A stretch of DNA of 63,895 nucleotides, the filler included, from Choristocarpus tenellus KU-1152 (lineage: Eukaryota; Protista; Phaeophyceae): NCBI GenBank assembly GCA_964200185.2. It is 11 parts of 11 records of this genome, joined end to end, with 100 filler letters (N's around TTAATTAATTAA, not from the genome) between each part and the next. Parts side by side here need not be neighbours in the genome. Positions count along the whole stretch, not along the records: positions 1 to 18,911 come from CAXNAD020000507.1; 10 more parts are not named here. One strand, 5' to 3'. The translations under genes and the position numbers were made by a program. Shown one piece after another: positions 1 to 12,092 of the stretch. Numbering within the stretch: the stretch's first letter is position 1; every line of letters begins with the position of its first letter. A model generated the notes under the pieces. The model ran no database searches and was not told where the DNA came from. It saw only the letters and a list, made by a program, of their open reading frames with translations.

Positions 1-109
1 TTGATTTGGTTGCATACATCGGATGGATAATGTAAGTGCACTTTTCCTGGTTATGGCTCAAATGGACACCCTGGTGTAGACTCCCCCCCCCCCCCAGATA
101 CTTTGGGTC
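1..109. mobile_element. MITE family B, partial copy in a CFAP57 intron
   Basis: ...ggacaccctggtgtagac(C)n agatactttgggtc matches the full copies at 52522-52691 and 61700-61874. Confidence 0.85.
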
Positions 110-156
110 AAAACCCAATGGTTGCTCTACGTTATAAAAACAATTCACTGCCTTAC

Positions 157-2631
157 CTGTATATCTGATTGTTTGAGGTAGTTAGAGCCAGATTGTCTTC
201 ACTGGGGCTCACAGCAAGGTTGGTAATAAGGCTTGCGTTGCCATTGATATGAAATACCTGTCAAGTGGCAGCAAGGAAGATCGACACAAATATCCGAATC
301 ATACCTTCTACATATTTTGATTTAGGAGTACCCGATTAGCCCAAATGAAAACCCTCACCATATCGTACTGAAATGTCTGAACTAAGAGCTTAACTTGATT
401 GAAGAGAAGTAATGGGTTGCAGGTTCACATAAGCATACCTACATTGGCCATCACCTATTAATTCATGATATGGAGTTTCAGATGACATTTCCCATTAGGT
501 GTAACAAACACAGACACTGAAAGGCCTGGACCATACTGACATATATATGCACCTACTGCACCTTGAGACATCTGTAGAACTCCCTTGGGTCATCTGAACG
601 CTCATAAACACGCATTGCACCCTCAGAACCGCCTGTTACAAATCCCTTGCTGAAGGCCACCATCGAGGAAATGAGGTGACCATCACCAGGACTGGAGGAA
701 AGCACACCTCGAAACTCATAGGTCTCAAATACAAGCAGGTCTCCTTGATCTGAAGCAGTGACGACCTGACAGCACAGCACATAGGAAATATTTCTAATGG
801 AAGTGACTGGTTTGTTTCTTTGTGGGCAAGGTGAAATGGTGTTTCAAGTCATTCAGATGACAGTACACAAAGTGCCATTCTGTGATAGAGGGGGATGCAT
901 TGAGACCCATTTGAGAGTCTCGGACGTTTTACTGATACACCATTTCCCATGCCTGATGTACCATTATCCTCCCTTAGGAGGCCATGGTTGTACAAGAGGA
1001 TACTGACGTCGCTCTCCAGAATTGCATTTCCCACATAAGCGTACTTTCGCTCTCCAGAATTGCTAGAAGCACATGTACCAAAAATCTGTCAGAGGTGCTC
1101 AAAATGCTCAACCAGATCTACCCCTTACACAGGATGGGCCAGAGGAAATAGGGAAGAGAGCATGGTAATTACACTGCAAGGTATAATCAACTGTATCCAC
1201 TTTCTGTTCTAGGAGTGATCACTTACCTTCTCGTCAGTAAGCCAGCAGTGGCATGTGTAGTTTTGAAGCTCAGCCTTATAGCTTAGCTGAAGTGGTTTGA
1301 ACTGACTGTCCGCCACCCGAAAGAAGCGCAGGATACGTTCCCCCGTAACACACACGACAGTCCCATCTACAGGGCAGAAATCAGCCTGGTTTACTGGTGG
1401 GGCTGGGTCCCCATTCAAATTAGAGCTTGAAACTTTAACAGTACAGATCACTTTGGCTGCCTAGTACGGTAAATCAAGGACAGATGGTGGAAGAACAAGC
1501 TCAGAGAGATCTTGGACTTTGTTTGATTGTTGTGTTGTTATCCTATGTATGTCCAGTCTCTGAGTTAGGAGAACAACAAGGCAGGGTACATACTCCTCAA
1601 CGATCCAACACAATTCATAGACAATGAAAAAATACAAGTCTACCATAGAGAACAATGACTGTATATAGCTATCTGGTCAGCTCCCTAGTCACCACCAATG
1701 ACACTGCCTGCCTATCACGCCTTTTCAAAAAATCCAAACGCACACCAGATCAAGTTCGAGAGTTCCTCAGACCGCAGAATGTACTACCTCGTAGAAAAAG
1801 AGTTCATATTCAAGTGGAACAAATTCCCCTTCTACATGGCACACCTTCTCTGCTGTCCAAAGGATCAGTTTCCATTCTGGTGACCCACCCTGTGTTAGGC
1901 AAAACCTTCCATCCCCAGAAAAGGCTACACAAGTGACTATAGGAGAGCCAAGCTCTGGACAAGCGATCATCTTTCGACGTTTGAGAGTCGCAGCATCGTA
2001 AATGTTGACAAATCCAGGTCCTTTGCCAAGCAAACCTGACTCCGCAATCGCCAGGAACCTTCGGTTACAAGTTAAGGCTAAGGCCGTGATACCCCCAGAG
2101 AGAGACCCATGAATAACCTGGAAACGAGGTACGAATCAAAGAGCAAATATCAATGAGGGATAGAGGGGCAAAGCTACGCGGAAATTTCAAATATTGTGTT
2201 TTCCAATCGGAACTATCTTGGCCATGACTGCGCACTGCCTCCAGAAGTTTTATTTTGAGTCTCTGACATATGTACTCGTGCAACTGTGTGGAAACAATGC
2301 CCCGCATCATAAATAGACTAGAAGAGCTCGAAGTTTAAGAGTTCTTCGGACCAATATCACCCACTTCTATTTCCATATGACTCCATTACCTTTTAGTACA
2401 TAGTCTATTCTTGATCGAGTCAATTTTTCTCCCATGAAGGTCGTGCACTAATCTTTTCCCAGAAAAACAAACCTGTTGAGCTCTAGTTTCAATGTTGAAC
2501 AGCACCACGTTGTGTCCACAGGGATAAATTACCACATTCTCCTCTGCGTAGTGGACGTTGTTCTTTACATCAGACTTGAGTCCAAAGACATGGCCATGGC
2601 TTAGCACCCCTCCTCCCCATGCATCCGACAT
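157..2631 (-). CDS. CFAP57: Cilia/flagella-associated WD40 protein CFAP57/WDR65, first five exons (gene continues past window start)
   Basis: GT-AG exons 2631-2473, 2117-1845, 1460-1227, 765-562, 257-157 splice in frame: MSDAWGGGVLSHGHVFGLKSDVKNNVHYAEENVVIYPCGHNVVLFN...VNIYDAATLKRRK...VAFSGDGRFCLTQGGSPEWKLILWTAEK...YTCHCWL...AFSKGFVTGG...LAVSPSEDNL. Recognised as the CFAP57 N-terminus. Confidence 0.88.
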
Positions 2632-4897
2632 ATCTTGATACCGTCTATTGATTTTAATAATTGGTCGAACCCAGAACGACCGACTGATCCCGTGACCCGA
2701 TGTGAAAGATCGATACAACCGACGCAAGAAGGTGAGCCACCTTCGCTTCACACCAAGAAAACGTTTCAGTTTTGCTCATCACTCATTCATTCATTTCCAC
2801 AGAAAAAAAAAGTTTGAAATTTGTAAACCATGTAGGTATTGGTTCGCCAAGTCGAAGGGGTATCATAATCAAATCAAACATAAACCTGGAGATTAACACG
2901 TAGGTATAGAGTGGTGAGGTGAAGAAGGTTTGAAAAAAAAAATGCTTGAGTAGGAAAGTGAACTGGAAAAAACAAAAATCCTCTATCCCCATGGCGTCGA
3001 CTCAATCCTCTGGTTAAATACCCGGAGTCAGACCAAAGTGATCGGTGGGGTAGCCCTCCCTTGACATGGAAGCAACATGTATGGAGTGGGGGGATGAGGT
3101 GGGATTAATACCGTGATCGACAATGTGATGCATCAACTGTTGTGAAGACAAATTGCGTTTGATCGCACCTTTGTGCTGGAGTGTATTGAGTGGAATGGTT
3201 TGTGGTTCGGTTTTGAATCAGATACAAGTGGTGCGTTCTTCTACAAAGAGCGATGAATGTACACTCATTTCTGTGTTCAGAAAGGGAATGGAACAGGACA
3301 GAAAATATGTAATAAACGAAAGGTAGAAGTGCAAAAACCATCAAAATACATCAAGTTCACACGATTGAAAAATATTTCCCCACAAATAATAATACATAAT
3401 AGGAAGAAAAGCGAAAGTTCTAAACTGAAAAACTAAGATGGGAAAAGGAGATAAAGGGGTTAAAATCATTAGTATGTATATCCAAAATGCATCAGTTCCA
3501 GCAGTGCCCAAATTGTCCAAGGAGAGGATCTATCCACTCATAATCGCAAATCACAGAACAAGGTTCAGCAATCTCGTAAGACCATCCGATACACTGATTT
3601 TTTCACACACACAGATCTTCATGAACTGCTACTTTGCCCCTACTACAGCCCACCACAACAGATTTCTCACACAATTTTCCCGTACCCATTCAATTTTACA
3701 ATACAACAATTGTATGAAGCAAGCACCCAACTCACGCCATGACCTGACATCTCAAGTTCGAATTGGACGGCAAATAATAGAAATATCCCTTGGTGATAGC
3801 AAGGGCAATTATTGTGGCTTCTTCTATTATTATTGCTGTCTTGACCCGTGCAAAGCAATTTTCTGGATGGTTTTTGAACGTATTTCTTCCTCCCCTTGCT
3901 TGTCTTATATATCCCTCTGTGGAACTTGACTATGTTTTTGTTAAGGATAGATATTTTCCTTTTGGATTGGATCCCCCCATAAACCAATGCGCAAAGAGGT
4001 TATGGACCTAGCTATGGTGATGGTGTTGTCCCCTCTATGTCATCAATCATATTATTATCTCATTTTTTCGGGACCTTAGTCGTGGGCCTACCTTGTATCT
4101 TTCTTTTTCTCTCTCTCTCTCTCTCTTGCTGTTATTGTATTTTTACGTGCAGAGTTTCATGCTGATCGGACTTGAAATGTGTGATAGCATAAAGAGCTCT
4201 AGTAGAAGTGCCGTTCGATGTAGGGGTCCTCCGTTGCCACCTTCCGATACACAAATGTGCTCCTAGTACTCTGGGCATTTCATTCTTGCGTGGACAAAAG
4301 TGTGCCAACTCTTCTACGGTCACACCCTCCTGATGATGGGGGTTGGTAGAATTTGGGGTATGGAAATGAGGGTGTGCAGCAGAATATTTATTACTAGGTT
4401 CATATACTCGACTAATCTGAATCCATCCCCTCTAGAATGCTATGGCGTATAGAGTGGTGTAAGAAATCCCTGCCTCCCTCTCCTCATTATTCTCATTGTA
4501 GACAACCGAGATCAGATGGCAACTGTCTCAAGGACATCACCAGAAATGCTCATCAAGTAAGGCAAATAATAGAGCTGTGGGAAATCCTTCTCATTCTACG
4601 AGGAGCATGGGCTAGAAAGAAGCATATTGGTGGATCCTATACAGCAGTACCGTTCAACCTGTGGGAAAAAAATCTCAACAAGTACAAGGCACGTCTCCTA
4701 TTGAATCAATGCAGGCATGACCTTCCTCATTGTGGCCCAATTTGGAACTTACTTTCTCCAGTAAGGTGTAAATGTAACTCTGTGAGAGGAAATGCCCTTA
4801 CAGTTTGTCACCTTTCCATTTTATTTGTTGTGTGATAACCGTTGAGATATCTCTTTTCAAGTGGACAGTTATTGGAGCAGTGGTGTCTCCATATTCA

Positions 4898-5202
4898 ACA
4901 AAATCAGAGGCTAACCTTAACCCAGCATAATCCGTGGGTCTTCACCCCACTAATCCCGTGCTCTCCCCTATCATTGTGATATCAATATTCGACAAAATCA
5001 GAAAATGTGGGATAGAATTCCAGGTGGATTCCTTTCCCCACTTCCTAAACAGGAGATAATGATAGTATGAGAGAGGGGTCAAGGATCGGGCTGAAGAGGA
5101 AACGCAAATATTGCGATAATCAACTTGGAAGCAGAGTGCACAATTAGTGGGGGTGATGGCCCAAGTACTATGCTGGGCTAGCTCCCCAGTCTCTGATTTT
5201 GT
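4898..5202. mobile_element. Degenerate foldback MITE
   Basis: acaaaatcagag..cccagcata..tcaccccactaat (4898-4966) is the inverse of 5134-5202. A related internal segment (aagaggaaacRcaaatattg) recurs near 15340-15465. Confidence 0.65.
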
Positions 5203-5649
5203 AAAAAATAGGATACAATTGTCTCATCAGGGCAGAGAGTTATACGACAATCTGCCCTGGTGGAACAGCGGTATGTCAATGTTTGACAGGGTGGGGTTAG
5301 GGGATGGCTTATTCGTTCAAGTGTTGAGGTCGTCTCGGAGGCACCACCACCAATTTTTTTCTGGACCTCCCTTGTCCCACGCGGTTTTCTGAGCAATAAT
5401 TTATCCAAGCACGAGGTGTTGGGCAATCGATCATTGTTCATTCGCGACATGAAACCTGTAACAAAAATACAACCTATTGTTGTGGGAAGTACATGAGTTT
5501 GTGTTAAAACTAATTCACACATTTATCATGATAGTTTTTTTTTATGAGTAATCTTTCAATAAAGAGAAAAAGAGAAAAATGGAACAAATTTGACAGACCA
5601 AAAGATGCAAAATATATAATATTGTACTTACCATTTGTACTCGTTGTAA

Positions 5650-5830
5650 GGCAAATATTGAGCCATTTTCTCTAAAAAGTTACGCTGTTGAGCAAACGCT
5701 TGGGTGCATTTTGTCCCATATTACTTTGGGCGATTATTCTATGTAACACGCAGTAGTGTCCAGTACAGCGCTTGGGGCCATTTGCTCCATGTCACCCTTT
5801 GTGCAGCAAACGCTTCAACCAATTCTGTCA
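5650..5830. repeat. Degenerate ~40-bp tandem units (gcaaacgcttggg..cattt..tcca)
   Basis: Four loosely similar units near 5652, 5692, 5766 and 5806. Possibly transposon subterminal repeats. Confidence 0.35.
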
Positions 5831-8800
5831 CTATCATCTGATTCTGTCCAAGACAATCAAGATCTTTCTTCTAACTACAACATCTATTCCGGGGACAATC
5901 CCTTACGGTGTATAACAAGCACCAAAACATGGCATTGTTCGAGTTTATCGTTGTGCAAGGTTTGAGCTGGAGTACTCATTCAAAAAGATATATGGACTCT
6001 TTTTTCGCCTGTCTGTGCTGTTTAAACAGAATTGAGTCGAGGTCATGAGTACTGAAAGGTGTAGCAATGTGCTCCTGAGCAAACTCTCCTGAATATTGAG
6101 AAATATTTAGGTTTAGCTTATTCATATACAGAATCTTCATAATTTGGTGTAGTTTGAAAACTGGAGTAATATTTCCTCGAAATTGAATACTCTTCACCGT
6201 TCAATTCTGAGAAGGGTTAGGGCTAACCCTAACCCTAACCCTAAGTAATATTTCCTCGAAATTGAATACTCTTCACCGTTCAATTCTGAGAAGGAACAAA
6301 ACCGTAATTTTCTGCCGCATAGCGCAATTTGTTGGTGGTGAGGAGGTTGTTGACACGAGGACCAGTCTGGCATTGTGTCGTACTCATGTGTCCAATGTGT
6401 TAGCATTTGAGGCGTGTACCTGCCCTCTGAGACTGCCTGTTGTTTGTTTTGAAATAACCACGTACATAATGCGTAAAATTTTGTTTTGTGTTCCACAACT
6501 ACAGCTACTACCTACTACCGTTACCGCAACCAACACTAAATGCCCTGACAGCAACAGGCACATTATGGATATAAACCGCACTTCTTTTTTTCTCCTAGTT
6601 GTCCTGATCTTTCAACTACAAGTGGACTGTGAATACAAGAGGTCAATATCAACAACTGCAACAGACGCATTTCATCAATTTGTTGCCTACCACGAAGCTC
6701 GAGTACAGTGCCCTCTTCAACACACCCGGAAGCAGCAATGGACCGACTGGAAACATGGAGATAGAAAATAAAAAATAGAACACTATATAAATGCAAGAAA
6801 TAAAAATATAGCGGAACAGGAACAATAGTAATAGCAGTGGTATGAGGGAACCTACCCCTCCCTGCATCAATAAGCACAGGAGGAGAACAATATAGGGGTA
6901 GGAGTCCACAACAAAGAAAGTACAGAGACAGATATGTGGAAGAATGCGTGAAGAAAATAGCAGGGACAAGAATATATGAACATCAGCATGATACCACCGC
7001 AAGCACCTTACCCACTCAATACCTACCCACAAATCGCAGTCTCGTCATCATACGAGTGGTAGTGGTTAGGGTTTCTCAGGGTGACAATGCCAGGTGTAAC
7101 GTCCAAGTTTTCATCTTTGCAAAAAGTCTCTCCTACCTGGAAGTGGTCGTCCATAGTATTGGAGGCTTACCCCCTCCCAAAGGCACAGGTCGCTGTGGGG
7201 GGTATTTCGGAATCTGAGCCTACTCCTGCCCTGAAAAAGTTCCTAAACCAAGGAGCCATCATCACTCTGAAAGGTGTCTTGCTCCACCTCGGGAGATGCC
7301 CCTCTAGTATCACACTTGTAGCTACAGGCCTGGTTTGTGCCTATTCCCCTGGCACTAGGAGCTGCCGCAGCACAAGTCATTGTCCGAGCCTTTAACATGC
7401 CCCTCAACAGGACTATGCCACCAATGCTGATACCACATACAGGTAAGAGAGACATTCTTAGTAGCTGTGCATCATGTGGTTGGGGGAGAAAATGTGATAG
7501 GGGTAAGGAAAAGGAATTGTCTTCAGCCCAAGTGAATCAGGGAGGCAAGTCAACAAACGACACCGATGATTCTTTAGAGAGTGAGAGATCTGACTGTGTA
7601 ATGCAGGAGCGCAATAGGTTGGTTGAGTTGACAAACTAAGAAGAGGAACAACCGAACCAGATAACACTCATCTCTTGTCCTGCTCAGCCTTGAGGAATCG
7701 CATACAAAAACGTCCATGGTGATATCATATGAATTCTAGCATCTGTAAGAAAATCAAAGGTATGCTTAGTCTTAAATTTACTGTGTGACTACTGCATCTT
7801 CCACCCCTTTCTCCTCAGAGGTTCCACAGGACAAGCGAGCACAATGACATGAAAGATGGAAATAAAACATAAGTGTGTTCACCGTGGATCTGTATAAATT
7901 AGCAGTCTGTACTATCCCCCTGCAAACATGACCGATTGCAGAACATACTATTATTGTTATTGTGGACAGAATGGACAGAGCAAATCACCTTGGAAACCAT
8001 CCACTTTGGAGAAATATCTTACAGGAGCACTACGCCCACACATTCTTTTGTGTGACCAATGTGTGTAGCACAACCACAAGGCTGCTACATCACTCTGATG
8101 TTTTCAACATGCTGGTTTCCATAACTAAGAGTGAAAAAAGGGTTAGGGTTTGATGGCTAGGGGTAACTAGTAACTATACACTGAAAGGTTGCCTGTCATT
8201 CTAGTGATTGTTTGTGCCTCCACAGTTTGATGAAATGGAGGTCTTGTTCCTGCATGTGCCAAGGTAGAGTTTTCTTGATAGAAGCCATCATGGAATGTTT
8301 CATCAACGAATATCAGCATCAACCATATTCTATTGGTCATACATAGTCATGATATGAAGCACCCAGTCCATAAAGAAGCTGCCATCCAAAGCTAGAATCG
8401 AGCAGCTTGGATGCTACTTTGAACTATGAAAAGTAACCATTGAGTGAGGTTAGTCAACACCCAAACCCCTCTTGTCAAAGCATCAATTTGAAAGAGGTCT
8501 GAGGACCATATGCCAAATATTGAGATGGTTAGGGATCAATGATGGCAGGCCATTGTCTAATAATGCTGAAGGTAATGGAGCAACCTTTATCACAAGCTGT
8601 CTCGAATGAAACAAGGGGCACCTAGCTCAACAAAAGAAGGGTTACGCATGAGGGTTAGGGCTAGGGGTATACATGTCTGAGTGTAACCTGTTGTAGTATC
8701 CTGTCCTCATTTTTTCCACTTTTATTTCTTGCCCTCAGTTGATAAAATGGTAGAGATAAGCCCTTCTAAGCTATAAAGGAAAATCTACACTAGCAAGTGC

Positions 8801-9328
8801 AGTTATGTATGAACTTATATTGAGAATATTTTTCATCAAAGCAAACAATCATCTACCGCGATATTGCAATGAAGAACCGACAATGATCAAATAAATAACT
8901 TATGTTGTATTGTAAAATGGCATTATCATAGTGAAGGGCAGACCACCGGATCTGTGAAAGTGTTTCAATATCATTTGTATTTGAAGGTAGAAACAAATGC
9001 ATAGAACACAGAAAAAGACTTCTACAAGGCAAAACAGAATATCTTCTATAAATATTTCAAATATATCCACATTGCAAATCGGCTGAGGCATCCCTGACTT
9101 CACCCCTAAAGAAGTAACCCTAACCCTAACGATGAAGCTCAAGAAGAACCAAAATAATGAGGTGCACATAAGAACACTCCTAGAACGCTCCTGCTTCAGA
9201 AAATAGCTCTAACACTTGTAAGAAAAGAACACATTTACAACAAAAAATACTACTGGTATCAACACACAGGTTGGACACACACATGTACCCTGCCAACACA
9301 TAGAGCATACAGGCTGCATCACCCACAC

Positions 9329-12092
9329 CTACTCAAACCCTTGGAGGTTCACTGTATTGATGTCTTCCCCCTCATACAAAAGGTCTTCCAGCCATCGAGT
9401 ACGCCCAGACCCAGAATCAACTGGTGGCACAGTCCAGATTTCGTCATTTTCAAACTCATCATGGAACCCTTCACTCCTGAGTACCAAATCCTTTGAGAGC
9501 AAAACCTTCATTCTTTCATCCATTTCCTGAAACAAGCAGAAACAAACAAAACGACAGCAGAACAGAGAAACATGGAGTAGAACAAAATTGTCATGGAAGG
9601 GGTAATAACACCTCATGCAAATTTGTAATTTTTGAAGAGGGAAAACACAGGTGCAAGCGATCGCTGGTCATAAATATCTGTCACATGCTTGTGTTGATGA
9701 ACCCCACTCCAATTTAAAAAAATAAATCAAACCACACCCTAACTCTAAGAATAAAATACAGTATAAAATCGATTACTACAAATACGGTATCATACAGAAG
9801 AAAGACATCGGACCAATCAGTGCCGCACATTCAGCAAAATTATCTATGCCCCCTAGCCCATGAGACATACTACATGTCCTAACCCTAACCCTAATCCTGA
9901 GTATCAAAATAGAATAGGAGCAGCAATGAATGAGCAACCTTACCACATCTGTCCAAAGTAAAATCAAAGTAAAATCCTTCCTTACAAATATTTTGTATAG
10001 TGGGGAGGTAACCTGGAAGAATTCTTCATTTGCTTCACTGATGTGTTTTGACATTTTATGGGGAGATTGATAACAATAACTACCTTGTTTGCCACTCTAA
10101 AGTACAGTACATCTGCATCATCAGTGCCATAACCAACCCTAACCCTAAATCAGAAACTGGTTTTAGTATCAAACCACTGTGCTCCACACTCTCCAGAATA
10201 CAATAGTGAACACCCCCATACATATACCCTAACCCTAACCCACAGAAACAAATATATGTACCAAAAACAAACAAAAACATCAATGGTCTACCGCCACCGC
10301 CATCCAATCACCAGGTAATCCCTATATATATATATCAAGAACATTACTGAGCGAGAGATTAAGACTTCAAAAAAAAAAAATCACCATCACCGTAGTAGAT
10401 ATCAAAGTAGATATCAAAAATGAACTCTTACCAATCAATCATTGTAGTAGTTAATAGTGTACTACTAGTACTATAGTACCCCAAGATTTGACTTTGTACT
10501 GACTAACGCATATAGGACTACAAAAAAGAAAAATCAACAAAATTATTCTAGAAAACCTGTTGTGCTAGTAACTATTACATACATACCCCTTTCCACCTGA
10601 GTCTTTTCAAACACAGACATACGTACGGAAGATGATACTAAGGGTTAGGGTTGCATGCAGGTGTAACCTGATACTAAGATGATGCATTGGAACACGCCTT
10701 CACCGAACAATACCCCTTGAAGTAGAAACATCACCATACAAGACTTTAAATTGTTTACATCAAGTGCCATCAAAAGGAAGACTATCACACTAAGTTGGGA
10801 CATTTGGAGGGGTCACTCCACAACATGGGAGGAGGGTTGGAGAAGATAGAGTCAAAGTATCTTAGAGGGTAGAGCCGCGTCCATTTGGGGGCCTAAATTC
10901 AATGTTGTAATTTTGATGTAATTTTGGATGTCATGTTCGTTAGGAGATGTCATATCCTTGTTCTGGACACTCCTTTTCATAATGTATACATTTTTCCTAC
11001 TCCGAAGCATTTTGGAGTAAGAAAAATGTCCTAAAATACCTGTGGGAAGCCAAGCTCCAAATGGACAAACAGGGCAAAACTCGTACCCTCTAAGATACTT
11101 TCACTCATATCCAGTCTTGCTAATCCTAAGTTGTCACCCTGTCAACGTTAAAAATAACTAAAATTGTTTAGTATGACACCGGACTTCCTTCAGCGCCCAT
11201 TCACAAACCAAGATTGGTGTTGGTACACAAAACACAAGCATTAAAAAACACCAACTTCACCATGAATCACCTTACACCCTTAAACAGAGGTAAAACTTTA
11301 TCTGCAATCTAGAATACTGGAAGGTAGCAACATATGCAAATACACATCTCATCCAAGGTCAAACAGACACAAATAGACACAGACACACGATCAAGAATAT
11401 CCCAAACAATCCAAAACCCCCCAAAAAGATAAGTGCTGAAAAAATAAAATATCGTCGGAGGTATTAGTATGCTTTCACCAGCTCTTCCTTGAAGGGGTAA
11501 GCTGTCATCACCAATCAAAAACTGTCACATTGCACACCTAGGGTTAGGGTTAGGGTTAGGGCTAACTCTAACTCTAACCCTAAGACCAGTTGCAAAAAAC
11601 AAAAATCTCACACCACGCACAGGTAGACAGCCATCACCTCACTACACCTCACTACACCTACACCACAAGCAAGACATCAAGCAAGACACCACAGCATCAG
11701 GTACAAAAAAAAATCTCCCAAACTCACAATTGCAGAGCAACTCAAGGTCCTCATAGAAAGTCAGTCACAACATGCACGATTTCTCTGCGTCACCACATCA
11801 CCCTAACCCTAACCCTAACCCTAACCCTAAATCTATAAATCTCCCTGTCTGAAATGAAACACCAGACCTCTCTCAGCTTCTTGTCAGCATCAGGGAAGTG
11901 CGACAACCATGGCGTAACGAATGGAAGATGGTCTTGCCATGGCCTACCCTCCTCATCTCGCCACATGATATTCCAAAAGTAATGCTGCAATACCCCTGCC
12001 TTTTTGGCTGCTTGCTTGACCTCCTGCCTGCTGTACAATGGCTGATATGCATTGAACATTTCAATCAGAGTATGAACATCCCGGGAATGAGT
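9329..12092 (-). other. Unidentified exon-like coding segments (possible decayed gene or TE gene)
   Basis: AG/GT-bounded 225-bp open segment 12092-11868 (THSRDVHTLIEMFNAYQPLY...WLSHFPDADKKLRE) and ~9527-9329 (EMDERMKVLL...NLQGFE*). No family recognised. Confidence 0.3.
10849..11106. mobile_element. MITE family A, full copy (258 bp)
   Basis: TIR GAGTCAAAGTATCTTAGAGGGTA...TACCCTCTAAGATACTTTCACTC; TSD ata/ata. Confidence 0.92.
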
